This document shows positions 51,938 to 64,000 of a DNA stretch of 64,000 nt, one piece after another (the stretch's first letter is position 1; each line of letters begins with the position of its first letter). The position numbers and the translations under genes are program-made. The DNA comes from Vicinamibacterales bacterium. Lineage in GTDB: Bacteria > Acidobacteriota > Vicinamibacteria > Vicinamibacterales > UBA8438. The stretch lies in contig OZ241843.1 of the NCBI GenBank assembly GCA_965202695.1, positions 826,254-890,253 on the forward strand. Reading direction: 5' to 3'. The notes beneath the pieces were generated by a model. That model had not been told where the DNA came from. It made no database searches and saw only the letters and a list, made by a program, of their open reading frames with translations.

Positions 51938-54484
51938 TCACAGGGCGGCCAGCGCGCTCCGCTGCCGGGCGAGACGCTCGGCGCGCTCTTCGGCGAACCG
52001 GACCACCCCGGCGACGACGGAGGCCCGGTCGAGATGCGCCTCGGCGATCACGTCGGGCTCCAGGCCGCCGGTCAGCCAGCGGTCGTGCCAGTCGGAGACC
52101 AGGGAGTACTCGTCCGTCAGCGGCCCCGGGTCGCGGAGCGGCCACTGGCGCCGGGTGCCCGTGGTCACCACCATGAGGTCGTACCGGGCCCCGGGCGGCA
52201 GCACCGCGTCGCGGTAGGCGGGCGGCTGGCGGTCGAACAGCTCCTCGCTGACGGCCGCGACGACCTTCACGTTGACGCCCCGCGCCTCCAGATCCGGCAG
52301 CGCCTGCACCAGATTGAAGGTCGAGCTGGCCCCCTGGGCCAGCACGTAGCCGTGCCGGGGCCGGCCGGGGGCGAAGTCGCGCACCACGTAGAACCCCCTG
52401 GCGGCGGCCCGCGGATCGGAGTCGGCGAAGGTCGAGCGGTCGGCCACCGGGAGGTCGGGCCTCGCCACTTCGAGCACGATCACCCCCACCCGCGGGTCGC
52501 GGGCCGCAATCTCGGCCGCCGCGAAATAGCCCGGCGCCACGTCGTTGTAGTCCCAGAAGCTGAGGGTGATGACCTGCCCGCGGGGGAACAGCTTCCACAC
52601 CTGCGGCGCGAAGATGCCGAAATGGGTGCGCGCGTCGGCCGCCGTCTCCGGCCCCGAGTGGCCGGCGAGGATGTTGAGCACCCCGACCCGGAACGGACTG
52701 TCCTGGTTCTGCTGGCTCCAGATGCGCGCCGGCAGGTACATGAGCGGCGTGAAGGCGCCGTAGCTGCCGCTCAGGGCCCAGACGCCGCAGTGGACGGCGG
52801 GGTCGAGGGAGGCGCTCTGGCCGACGAGGCCCACGGCCGTCGAGGCGTTGCCCGCCTCCTGGATCGCGGCCTTGAGCCGCGTGCCGGCCTGGTTGGACCG
52901 CGGGTCGTAGTGCCCGGTCAGCGACCCGTTCTCGACGTTGATCGAGTTGGAAAGGTCAGCCGACAGGGTGATGAAGCGGTTGCCGGTGACGTGGTTCATC
53001 CACTTGATGACCTCGGAGATCGCCCGCCGGGTGCCGGCCATGCGGCCCGGCGGCTTGAACAGCTCGATGCCGATCTCCTGCGCCTCGCCGTTCCGGCGCG
53101 CGGTCACCGTCTGCGGCTCGACCGGCAGGCGGTCGACGCGCAGCCGGTCGTCGCGGAACGGGTCGGCGGTCACGTCGAAGCGGAGCTTCGCGTCGCCGCG
53201 CACGCGGTCGCCGACGTCGACCATCCGGTCGGTCAGCCAGTCGCCGAGGCCGTCCCGGTCGAGCACCGAAAGGACCACGTCGACGTTGGTCTTGAACTGC
53301 CGCAACCGCTCGGCCGGGTCGGTCACCGCGCCGTCGCGGATGCCCTGGAAGACGACGCCGTAGCGCCGCTCGAAGGTCTCGGCGAGGGCGACGAAGTACG
53401 GCGAGTTCATCTTCATCGCGTAGGGATGGCTGGGGTACCCCACCACCTGCGGGCCGAAGCCGGGGATGGCGCCGCCGCGCGCGGCCGGCCACCACCCCTT
53501 CGTGGTGCGGCCGACGACGATCATCGGGCGCCGGTCGGCCGGGTCCCATTCCTCCATCGTCCGCAGGGCCGCCAGCACGTGGTCGTAGTCGTTGCCGTCG
53601 TCCAGCGCCAACACGTTCCACCCGTACGCGGACCACTGGTCGGCGATCTCGTAGCCGTCCATCGACGCGGACACCACGCCGCCGACCAGCGCGTCGTCGA
53701 TGCCCGCGTTGTTGTACGAGAGCAGGATGCGCAGCCGCTTGCCGACCTGCTGGGCGACGGCCTGGGTCTTCATCTCCTGCGCGTGCCCCGCGGTCATCGC
53801 GAACTCGCCCTCCAGGGCCACCACCTTCGGGGACGCCCCCGCCCCCATGAAGTCCCAGAACGCGGCCTTGCCGGCGGCGGTGGCGACGCCGATGCCCGAC
53901 GGACCGCCGTTGACGTCGTTGATGAGGTCGGTGGTCTCGGAATGTCCGGCCAGCGAGCGGATGCCGCGCAGGCCGGCCTGGGCGAACAGCGGGTCGCCGG
54001 CGACGCCGGCGTCGGCGAGCAGCGTCCGCAGCGCCCCCGCCCCGCGGCGGAAGCCCAGGCAGTCGATGGACAGCATGGCGACGTCGGGGTCGACCCGGTA
54101 GCGGTCGTCGCCGGTCGCCGCGTGACGCCGGGCCATCGCCTCGCCCATGACGATCCACAGGGCGTACAGGGTCGGGACGTTGTGGCCGCCCGCGAGCAGC
54201 AGCTTGTCGCCGAAGGGGTGCTTCGGGCGGCGGTAGTCGTAGCACAGGCCCCCGTTCTCCGGCCCCGCGAGATGGAGGGCGACGTTGTACGGCGTGTACG
54301 CCAGCGGCCCCCCGAAGTGCCCCGTCTGCTGGTAGTTGCCGAGCAGCGTCAGGGTCATCGCGGTCAGGAAGCCGACGTCGTCGAACCGCGGGCGCTCGTA
54401 GGGCGGAACCCCGACGCGGAGGGCGCTGGAAGCGCCGCGCGCCGCGGTGGTGCGGATCCGGACGGGCGTGCCGTGGGAAGCCAT
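51938..54484 (-). CDS. Transketolase-family thiamine-diphosphate-dependent enzyme (848 aa, atypically long)
   Basis: TGHFGGPLAYTP, GGPSGIGVATAAGKA, ALEGEFAMTAGHAQE and SYNNAGIDD parallel the transketolase TPP-binding motifs. The C-terminal Pyr and C-terminal domains are plausible. Confidence 0.7.
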   Translation of the reverse strand: MASHGTPVRIRTTAARGASSALRVGVPPYERPRFDDVGFLTAMTLTLLGNYQQTGHFGGPLAYTPYNVALHLAGPENGGLCYDYRRPKHPFGDKLLLAGGHNVPTLYALWIVMGEAMARRHAATGDDRYRVDPDVAMLSIDCLGFRRGAGALRTLLADAGVAGDPLFAQAGLRGIRSLAGHSETTDLINDVNGGPSGIGVATAAGKAAFWDFMGAGASPKVVALEGEFAMTAGHAQEMKTQAVAQQVGKRLRILLSYNNAGIDDALVGGVVSASMDGYEIADQWSAYGWNVLALDDGNDYDHVLAALRTMEEWDPADRRPMIVVGRTTKGWWPAARGGAIPGFGPQVVGYPSHPYAMKMNSPYFVALAETFERRYGVVFQGIRDGAVTDPAERLRQFKTNVDVVLSVLDRDGLGDWLTDRMVDVGDRVRGDAKLRFDVTADPFRDDRLRVDRLPVEPQTVTARRNGEAQEIGIELFKPPGRMAGTRRAISEVIKWMNHVTGNRFITLSADLSNSINVENGSLTGHYDPRSNQAGTRLKAAIQEAGNASTAVGLVGQSASLDPAVHCGVWALSGSYGAFTPLMYLPARIWSQQNQDSPFRVGVLNILAGHSGPETAADARTHFGIFAPQVWKLFPRGQVITLSFWDYNDVAPGYFAAAEIAARDPRVGVIVLEVARPDLPVADRSTFADSDPRAAARGFYVVRDFAPGRPRHGYVLAQGASSTFNLVQALPDLEARGVNVKVVAAVSEELFDRQPPAYRDAVLPPGARYDLMVVTTGTRRQWPLRDPGPLTDEYSLVSDWHDRWLTGGLEPDVIAEAHLDRASVVAGVVRFAEERAERLARQRSALAAL

Positions 54485-54668
54485 GCGGTCGCTCTCTCGG
54501 CGGGCGGGGACGCGCCCGGCGGCGCGGGGAATTACCGGCCGGGACGCGGTTCGGGCCGGCCGCTCCCCCGGCGGCGGGAACCGCCGGCCGCCGGCGCGCC
54601 GGCCGGCGCGGCTCCCGAAGCCCCGGACGTCACACGCGACGTCGTCGCAACGACCCGCAAGGACAGAG

Positions 54669-54759
54669 TGGCGGAGAGGGTGGGATTCGAACCCACGTGC
54701 CGGTTACCCGACAAGACGCTTTCGAGGCGCCCCCGTTACGACCACTTCGGTACCTCTCC
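54669..54759 (-). tRNA. tRNA-Ser (anticodon CGA), encoded CCA
   Basis: The reverse complement reads GGAGAGG-TA-CCGAAGTGGTCGTAACGG-G-GGCGC-CU-CGA-AA-GCGTC, then a long variable arm, then GTGGGTTCGAATCCCAC-CCTCTCC-G-CCA. It has a 7-bp acceptor stem, the GTTCGAATC T-loop and a long extra arm (class II tRNA). Confidence 0.9.
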
Positions 54760-54920
54760 GCAAAAGGCCGGACTCGGCCGACGCCGAGCCGCGCGCCGCC
54801 GGACGAGGGCGGGCAGCGCGCCGGAAGGCGGCGTCCGCGCACCCTCGTTGCCCAGTGTATGCCGCCCGCGGAGCCGTTGGCAACCGGGCCGCGAACGGCG
54901 CGTCGCGCGAGCGCGCGGCG

Positions 54921-55152
54921 GATGCGCGTCAGCTTCGTGAGACGAGCGCCCGTCGGCGCCCGTTCGCCTGGGAGGTCGGTCCATCGCGGGAACGACTGAC
55001 GCAGCAGGCCGACCACCACCGCTGTCCGGTCGTCGATTACGGCGCCGTTCCCGGCCTCCAGGCCCTCCGAACGGGTACGGACGCCGCGAGAACCCGCCGC
55101 GCCGGCGCCCCCGGCGGCGGCGTCTCGTTTTCCTGTCGTGCGCCTGCGCACG
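54921..55152. mobile_element. Family-2 MITE-like element, second copy (inverted relative to 9071-9228, with a ~65-bp internal insertion)
   Basis: Shares gcgcgtcag...gagacgagcRcccgtcggcgcccgt and gtcgtcgattac...tccaggccctccgaacgggtacggacgccgcga with the reverse complement of 9071-9228. Confidence 0.5.
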
Positions 55153-55404
55153 ACCGCGGTGTTGCCCGCGGCCGCGGGAATGGTAGAATGGGTCGTTTGC
55201 GCGTTCAGAGCCGAGCTTGAGCGCGTTGGTCCCCCGGGCCGTCGGGCCGCATTCGACGAGGGCCGCGACGGCCGGTTCCGGCAATCGAGGCAGCGCGGAT
55301 TCCGCATCACGCAAGTTCATGCAGGCCGATCAGGCGGTTTCGCCGGCGGATGCGCGGACGGCGCGGATGCCCGCGGCCCGTTTCGAGCCGGCCCCCCGAC
55401 CACA

Positions 55405-55950
55405 ATGACGAATCGCACGGCGGCGATGCGCTACGCCCGCGCACTCTTCGACGTCAATCTGAAGAACGGCGGCCTCCGAACCGCGGAATCGGACCTGGAC
55501 GCGTTCGCCCGGCTCGTCGCCGGACACGAGCAGTTGAGGCGGGTGCTCTTCGCCGCGGCGGTGCGGGCGCCGACGAAGCGCGCCATCATCCACGATCTGC
55601 GGGACCGGTTCCGCGACGTCTCGCCGACCGTCACGCGGTTGCTGACGACGCTCGCCGACCGCGGGCGTCTGGCGCTGCTGCCGGACGTGGTGCGGTTCTA
55701 CCGCGCCCGCGTGTTCGAGCACCTCGGGGTCGTCGATGCGCAGGTCACCACCGCGCAGCCGCTCAGCCCGGAGCAGGACGCCGCCCTGCGGGAGCGGCTC
55801 GCCGGCGCGGGGGCCGGCGACGTCCGCATGACCAAGGTGGTCGACCCCGAAATTCTGGGCGGGGTGGTCGCGCGGATCGGCTCGACGGTGTACGACGGCA
55901 GCATCGCCCGGCACCTCGAACGGATGCGCCAGACCCTCCTCGATCGATGA
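55405..55950 (+). CDS. atpH: F1 ATP synthase subunit delta (OSCP)
   Basis: [11 protein letters not shown]... and the C-terminal [28 protein letters not shown] are the OSCP signature. It lies immediately upstream of atpA. Confidence 0.85.
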   Translation: MTNRTAAMRYARALFDVNLKNGGLRTAESDLDAFARLVAGHEQLRRVLFAAAVRAPTKRAIIHDLRDRFRDVSPTVTRLLTTLADRGRLALLPDVVRFYRARVFEHLGVVDAQVTTAQPLSPEQDAALRERLAGAGAGDVRMTKVVDPEILGGVVARIGSTVYDGSIARHLERMRQTLLDR

Positions 55951-56086
55951 AGGAAGCCGTTCCCACCCGGGCGCTCCGCCCGGGAGCCGGCGGCGAGACC
56001 GCGGAGCGCCGCCGCGAGCGCGTCGGGAACACGGCGGCGCGCGGGCGGAGACCTGGACCCGCCCCATCAGGACGAGAGTTTCTGCA

Positions 56087-57616
<1,530 letters not shown>

Positions 57617-57663
57617 CGCCGGAGAGCGAGCGTCCCTCGCCCCCGGCCCGAGAGCAGCATCCA

Positions 57664-58536
57664 GTGCCTTCTCTTCTCGACCTTCGCAGACGTATTCGCG
57701 CGGTCAAGTCGACGCAGCAGATCACCAAGGCCATGAAGGCGATAGCCGCCTCCCGGCTGCGCAAGGCGCAGGACCGCATCCTGGGCGCCCGGCCGTTCGC
57801 GGTCCAGATGCAGCGCGTGCTCGGCGGTCTCGCCGCCCACGTCGACACCGGCGCGCACCCGCTGCTCGCCCGCCGCGAGGCGGACGCCCCCCCGCGCCCC
57901 ACGCTGCTGGTGGTGGTCACCGCGGACAAGGGGCTGTGCGGGGGGTTCAACACCAACGTCATCAAGGAGGCCGGCGGCGCCATCGCCGCGAGCGCCGGGC
58001 CGGGCGCCGCGCTGGGACTGGTCGGCCGCAAGGGCCGCGACTTCTTCGCGAGACGCGGCTTCGACGTGCGTTTCGAGCTCGTCAACGTCTTCTCGCAGTT
58101 GCAGTACGGTCATGCCCAGGCGATCGCCCGCGAGGCGATGGACGCCTTCACCCGGGACGAAGTGGACGGCGTCCAGCTCGTCTACAACGAGTTCAAGAGC
58201 GTTCTGCAGCAGCGGGTGGTGGTGGACCAGGTGCTGCCGATCCCGCATCCGGAGCCCGCGGACGGCGACGGCGAACGCCTGCCGGACTACCTCTACGAGC
58301 CGGCGCCGGCGGCCATCTTCGACACCCTGCTTCCGCGCCACGTCGAGATCCAGTTCTGGCGGGCGCTGCTGGAGTCGGCGGCGGCCGAGCACGCGGCCCG
58401 GTTGACGGCCATGGACGCGGCCAGCAACAACGCGACGGAGCTGATCGAAGACCTGACGCTCTACATGAACAAGGTCCGTCAGGCCACGATCACCCGGGAG
58501 ATCATCGAGGTGGTGTCCGGCGCCGAGGCCTTGTAA
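57664..58536 (+). CDS. atpG: F1 ATP synthase subunit gamma
   Basis: GTG start giving (M)PSLLDLRRRIRAVKSTQQITKAMKAIAASRLRKAQ. C-terminal ITREIIEVVSGAEAL. Confidence 0.9.
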   Translation: MPSLLDLRRRIRAVKSTQQITKAMKAIAASRLRKAQDRILGARPFAVQMQRVLGGLAAHVDTGAHPLLARREADAPPRPTLLVVVTADKGLCGGFNTNVIKEAGGAIAASAGPGAALGLVGRKGRDFFARRGFDVRFELVNVFSQLQYGHAQAIAREAMDAFTRDEVDGVQLVYNEFKSVLQQRVVVDQVLPIPHPEPADGDGERLPDYLYEPAPAAIFDTLLPRHVEIQFWRALLESAAAEHAARLTAMDAASNNATELIEDLTLYMNKVRQATITREIIEVVSGAEAL

Positions 58537-60056
<1,520 letters not shown>

Positions 60057-60057
<1 letters not shown>

Positions 60058-60476
60058 TGGCCATTCCCGATCATCTGACGCTGGAGATCGTCACCCCGGA
60101 ACGTTCGATCGCCCACGGGGAGATCGACGAGGTGCGGGTGCCGGGAGCCGAGGGGTCGTTCGGCGTCCTGCCCGGCCATACGCCCCTGCTGACCCCCCTC
60201 GCGGTCGGCGAGATCGAGTATCGCAGGGGCGGCGAGACGTCGTACGTCGCGGTGTCGTTCGGGTTCGCCGAGGTCCTGCCCGACCGCGTCACGGTGCTCG
60301 CGCAGATCGCCGAGCCGAGCGGCGAGATCGACGTGACCCGGGCCGAGGCCGCCGTACAGCGGGCGCGGGAGCGGCTCGCCCGGCCGGCGGTCGAGCTGGA
60401 CTACGAGCGGGCCCGGCTGTCCCTGCTGAAGTCGCTGGTCCGGCTTCAGGTGGCCTCGCGAAGAGGGCCGCGCTAG
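60057..60476 (+). CDS. atpC: F1 ATP synthase subunit epsilon
   Basis: The GTG overlaps the atpD stop. LEIVTPERSI...VPGAEGSFGVLPGHTPLLT is the epsilon N-terminal beta-sandwich signature. Confidence 0.9.
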
Positions 60477-60574
60477 CCGGGCGCCGCGCCCCCGCGGGGC
60501 GGCGCCCCGTATCTCCGGGCGCGGTTCCTGGCCGCCGCAACGGGCGATTACGCCGTGGGAATGGACAGGACGTC

Positions 60575-61342
60575 ATGCCCGCCTCCTCCGGTTCGGCCAC
60601 CGACAAGGGCCTGCGGCGGTCGACGAACGAAGACAACCTGCTGGTGCGGGACGACCTGGGGCTGTTCGTCGTCGCCGACGGCATGGGAGGGCACGCCGCC
60701 GGGGAGGTCGCCTCGCAGGTCGCCGTCGAGGGCATCGCGGCGTTCGTCGAAGCCACCGTCACGGTGTCGCCCGACCAGACGTGGCCGGTTCCGTTCGACG
60801 CCCGGGAGAGCGTCGACGCGAACCGTCTGCGGGCGGGGTTCAGCGTGGCCAACGACCGGCTCGCGGCGCGGATCGCCTCGTCGCGGGAACTGCGGGGCAT
60901 GGCGACCACCGCGGTGGCGATGCTGGTCGACGGAGACGCCGTCACGCTGGCCCACGTCGGCGACAGCCGGGCCTATCTGCTGCGGCAGGGGCGGATCGCA
61001 CGGCTGACCCGCGATCACTCCTGGGTGGAGGAACAGATTCAGGCGGGCGCGTTGAGCGCGGCGGCGGCGCGGCGGCACCCCTGGCGGAACGTCGTGACGC
61101 GGGCGCTGGCGGGGGCCGCCGATCTCGACGTCGAGATCCAGGAATTGCGGCTGGAGCCGGGCGACCGGGTCCTGCTGTGCACGGACGGCATCTTCTCGGT
61201 GCTCAGCGACGACCGGATCGGCGAGCTCCTGGGCCGGGACGCCGGCCTCGACGACCTGTGCGGCGTACTCGTCGAGGAAACCAACGAGGGAGGAGGACCC
61301 GACAACGCGACCGCGGTCGTGATCGAGTTCGATGCTCGCTAA
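60575..61342 (+). CDS. PP2C-family Ser/Thr protein phosphatase
   Basis: NEDN...FVVADGMGGHAAGEVAS, GDSRAYLL and LLCTDGI..., ending with GGPDNATAVV. Confidence 0.85.
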   Translation: MPASSGSATDKGLRRSTNEDNLLVRDDLGLFVVADGMGGHAAGEVASQVAVEGIAAFVEATVTVSPDQTWPVPFDARESVDANRLRAGFSVANDRLAARIASSRELRGMATTAVAMLVDGDAVTLAHVGDSRAYLLRQGRIARLTRDHSWVEEQIQAGALSAAAARRHPWRNVVTRALAGAADLDVEIQELRLEPGDRVLLCTDGIFSVLSDDRIGELLGRDAGLDDLCGVLVEETNEGGGPDNATAVVIEFDAR

Positions 61343-62126
61343 CCTCGTCCGGCTGTTCCGCTATCGGGGTCTCGTCCGGATCCTGGTGGCCCGGGAACTC
61401 AAGGCCCGCTACCGCGGGTCGGTGCTCGGGTTCTTCTGGTCATTCGTCAACCCGCTCCTGCTCCTGCTCGTCTATTCGTTCGTCTTCACGTCCATCATCC
61501 GCCGCGGCGACCTCGCCGGCCTGGAGCCCTACGCGGTCTTCCTGTTCTGCGGTCTCCTGCCCTGGATCTGGTTCTCGTCGTCGCTCAACGAGAGCGCCAA
61601 CGTCCTCATCGTCAACGGCAACCTCATCAAGAAGGTCGTGTTCCCCGTCGAGATCCTCCCGGTGGTGACGGTGGTGTCGAACCTGTGCCACTTCGTCCTC
61701 GGCCTGCCGATCCTGTTCGGATTCCTCGTCTACCACGACGTGCCGCCGCGGCTCGCCGACCTGATCTGGTTTCCGGCGGTGGTGGCCGTCCAGCTCTGCC
61801 TCACCCTCGGCCTGGCCATGATCCTGGCCGCGCTGACGGTCCATTTCCGCGACGTCAAGGACCTGCTGGCGAACGGACTGACCCTCTGGTTCTTCGCCAC
61901 CCCGATCCTCTACGACACGTCGTCGGTGCCGCCGGGCGCCAGGGCGGTGATGGACCTGAACCCGTTCGCGCACCTCGCGATCTCGTATCAGGAGATCCTC
62001 TTCCACGAAGGACCGTTCGGCCACTGGAAGCGGCTGCTCGCGTTGGCCGCCGGCAGCGGCGCGCTGTTCCTGGGCGGCTACTGGTTCTTCGATCGGCTGC
62101 GCGACTCGTTCGCGGAGGAAGTGTAG
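61332..62126 (+). CDS. ABC-2 type polysaccharide/O-antigen exporter permease (Wzm/TagG-like)
   Basis: RELKARYRGSVLGFFWSFVNPLL is the hallmark N-terminal motif. Six TM segments. Confidence 0.85.
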   Translation: MLANLVRLFRYRGLVRILVARELKARYRGSVLGFFWSFVNPLLLLLVYSFVFTSIIRRGDLAGLEPYAVFLFCGLLPWIWFSSSLNESANVLIVNGNLIKKVVFPVEILPVVTVVSNLCHFVLGLPILFGFLVYHDVPPRLADLIWFPAVVAVQLCLTLGLAMILAALTVHFRDVKDLLANGLTLWFFATPILYDTSSVPPGARAVMDLNPFAHLAISYQEILFHEGPFGHWKRLLALAAGSGALFLGGYWFFDRLRDSFAEEV

Positions 62127-62127
62127 G

Positions 62128-63576
62128 GTGTCCGCGATAACCCTCGAGGGCGTCTCGAAGGTGTACCGCCGGCACGGGCGCCAGCGGCGGTTCGCGACCC
62201 TGAAGAGCGCGCTGCTGACCGGCAGCCTGGTCCGGCACCTGCGCCCGGACCAGGCGTTCCGGGCGCTGGACGGCGTGTCGTTGTCGGTCGAAGCGGGCGC
62301 CGCCTGCGGCGTCATCGGCCGCAACGGGTCGGGCAAGAGCACCCTGCTGAAGCTGGTCGCGGGCATCACCCGGCCGACGAGCGGCCACGTGGGCGTCCGC
62401 GGGCGGGTCTCGGCCCTGATCGAGCTGGGCGCGGGTTTCCACCCCGAGATCAGCGGCCGCGAGAACGTGTTCATCAACGGCGTCATGCTGGGCCTGTCCC
62501 GCCGCCAGATCGACCGGCGGTTCGCCGAGATCGTCGAGTTCGCCGAGCTCGAAGACTTCATCGACGCGCCGGTCAAGACCTACTCCTCCGGCATGTACAT
62601 GCGCCTCGGGTTCGCGGTCGCCGTGCACGTCGACCCCGAGATCCTGCTCGTGGACGAAGTGCTGGCGGTGGGCGACGAGAGCTTCAGCCTGAAGTGCCTC
62701 GACAAGCTCGCCGAGTTCAGGCGCCGGGGCAAGACGATCCTGTTCGTGACCCACGCGCTCCCGATGGTCGAGCGTTTCTGCGACGAAGCGGTGTGGCTCG
62801 ACGCGGGGCGGCGGCGGATGGCCGGCGACCCCCGGCGGGTCGTGCAGATGTACCTGTCGGACGTCGAGCAGGCCGAGAACGCGCACCTCGCGGCCGAGGA
62901 CGCCCGGACCCAGGGCGCGGCGCTTCCCGCCGCCGCCCCCCCCGACGCGCCCGGGAACGCGCGCCCCGCGGCCGAGGACGCCCGGACCCGGAGCGCGGCG
63001 CTTCCCGCCGCCACCCCCCCCGACGCACCCGGGGCGGGCGGGGCGGCGGCGCCCGAAGAGAAGGAAGACGCGCCCGCCGCGCCGCCGCCCGAGGCCCCGG
63101 ACGAGCAGCCGCCGGCCGACATGTTCGAGGCGCGGGAAGGGCGGTGGGGATCGGGGACGGTGCGCATCGAACGCGTGACCCTCGAAGGCCCCCGGGGCGC
63201 CGCGCACGTGTTCCGGAGCGGGGAGCCGATGACCATCCGCATGCGGGTGGTCGCCGACCGGCCGGTCGGCGACTTCGCCTTCGGCATCAGCATCTTCAGC
63301 ACCGACGGGGCCTGCTGCTACGGCACCAACACCCACATCGAGGAGATGGAGCCCAAGCGGCTCGACGGCGCCGGGGAGGTGGCCTTCGCGGTCGAGCGCC
63401 TGGACCTCGTGGGGGGGACCTACAAGCTCGACGTCGCGGTGCACAAGCGCGACGGCTTCTCCTACGACTATCATCGTCTGCTCCATACCTTCCGGGTGAA
63501 GTCGAGCACGCGGGACGTCGGCGTCTATCGCCCCCGACACGCATGGCACTTCAGCGAGAACATCCGCTTCGAGTGA
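62128..63576 (+). CDS. ABC polysaccharide exporter ATP-binding protein (Wzt/TagH-like) with C-terminal substrate-binding-type domain
   Basis: GTG start. Walker A GRNGSGKST, signature YSSGMYMRL, Walker B LLVDEV. An Ala/Pro-rich duplicated linker and then a beta-rich Wzt_C-like domain. Confidence 0.85.
   Translation: MSAITLEGVSKVYRRHGRQRRFATLKSALLTGSLVRHLRPDQAFRALDGVSLSVEAGAACGVIGRNGSGKSTLLKLVAGITRPTSGHVGVRGRVSALIELGAGFHPEISGRENVFINGVMLGLSRRQIDRRFAEIVEFAELEDFIDAPVKTYSSGMYMRLGFAVAVHVDPEILLVDEVLAVGDESFSLKCLDKLAEFRRRGKTILFVTHALPMVERFCDEAVWLDAGRRRMAGDPRRVVQMYLSDVEQAENAHLAAEDARTQGAALPAAAPPDAPGNARPAAEDARTRSAALPAATPPDAPGAGGAAAPEEKEDAPAAPPPEAPDEQPPADMFEAREGRWGSGTVRIERVTLEGPRGAAHVFRSGEPMTIRMRVVADRPVGDFAFGISIFSTDGACCYGTNTHIEEMEPKRLDGAGEVAFAVERLDLVGGTYKLDVAVHKRDGFSYDYHRLLHTFRVKSSTRDVGVYRPRHAWHFSENIRFE
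62890..63045 (+). repeat. 78-bp in-frame tandem duplication in the Wzt linker
   Basis: AAEDARTQGAALPAAAPPDAPGNARP / AAEDARTRSAALPAATPPDAPG. The DNA copies start at 62890 and 62968. Confidence 0.8.
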
Positions 63577-63655
63577 CCCGGACCGGTCCCGGGCGGCGGG
63601 ACGTCCGCCGGCTTCCCCGCCCCGGCCGCCGGTCCGGGGCAGGGAGCGGCCGCCG

Positions 63656-64000
63656 GTGACCGGCACGTCGCTCACGCTCCAGGCGGCGTTGCGGTCGGCG
63701 TCCGCCCGCGTCGGGCTGGGGGGCGCGGCGCGGTCCCTCTCCGGGCTGTCGGCGTCCGCCAAGGGGTTCGCGGTGGCCGCGGCGGCGGCCGAGGCGCCGG
63801 TCGTGGTCATCGTCCCCGGCGCCGGCGACGTAGAGCAGATGGTGGCCGACACCAGCTTCTTCCTCGGCAGCCTGACCGCCGCCTCGGCGCACGACTTGCG
63901 CCACCACGTCCTGCCGTTCCCGTCCCACGAGGTCGATCCGTACCGCGGGCTCTCTCCTCACTTCGACGTCGCGGCGGCGCGGGGGCGCGCCCTCCACGGG
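63656..64000 (+). CDS. mfd: Transcription-repair coupling factor, N-terminal fragment (3' end off-window)
   Basis: Frame is open to the window edge from the GTG at 63656. ...VVIVPGAGDVEQMVADTSFFLG...VLPFPSHEVDPYRGLSPHF matches the conserved Mfd N-terminal (UvrB-homology) region. Confidence 0.6.
   Translation, partial: MTGTSLTLQAALRSASARVGLGGAARSLSGLSASAKGFAVAAAAAEAPVVVIVPGAGDVEQMVADTSFFLGSLTAASAHDLRHHVLPFPSHEVDPYRGLSPHFDVAAARGRALHG

Noticed and set aside
54669-54759. tRNA-Ser as the integration site of the defence island
   Set aside because: No integrase or recombinase gene is in the window. I found no direct repeat of the tRNA 3' end by eye. About 6 kb of apparently ordinary, host-like G+C genes separate the tRNA from the island.
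63551-63997. 148-aa minus-strand ORF at the window end
   Set aside because: It is antisense to a plus-strand frame that matches the conserved N-terminus of Mfd, and its composition is Arg/Gly/Pro-rich.

Overview
This is a 64 kb window from a very high-G+C bacterial chromosome. Lines I counted by hand in core genes are about 70% G+C. No rRNA genes or CRISPR arrays were seen.

The flanks carry ordinary housekeeping and metabolic genes:
- an S9 peptidase, a PPIase with HupE/UreJ, a DUF3604 protein, an amidase and an MFS transporter
- a DapA-like aldolase, two tandem PQQ-dependent sugar dehydrogenases and an NRAMP transporter
- an ABC-2 exporter, a transketolase-like protein and tRNA-Ser(CGA)
- atpHAGDC, a PP2C phosphatase, a Wzm/Wzt-type exporter and the start of mfd

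The most interesting part is a minus-strand defence island at about 33.5-48.5 kb. It contains:
- a PIN toxin pair
- a low-G+C, translationally coupled three-gene operon (TIR-P-loop NTPase, unknown 316-aa protein, stand-alone DNA methyltransferase) that matches no named defence system I can recall
- an intact Type III mod gene with a low-G+C target-recognition cassette and 18-bp in-frame repeats
- a cluster of toxin-antitoxin genes: VapC/Phd, a chimeric AbrB antitoxin that shares the Phd tail, YgiT, DUF4926 and a fused MNT-HEPN
- a Type III res gene inactivated by a G6 homopolymer frameshift and by a 160-bp palindromic MITE/REP-like insertion

The terminus of that same repeat family also marks the truncation point of a BglII-like restriction gene next to a second, orphaned methyltransferase at 5.2-6.4 kb.

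Other oddities are a secreted RidA x3 + CMD x2 fusion, two large internal-repeat proteins, and a second MITE-like family.

Many of the long ORFs in the six-frame track are Arg/Pro/Gly-rich shadow ORFs typical of high-G+C DNA, and I rejected them.
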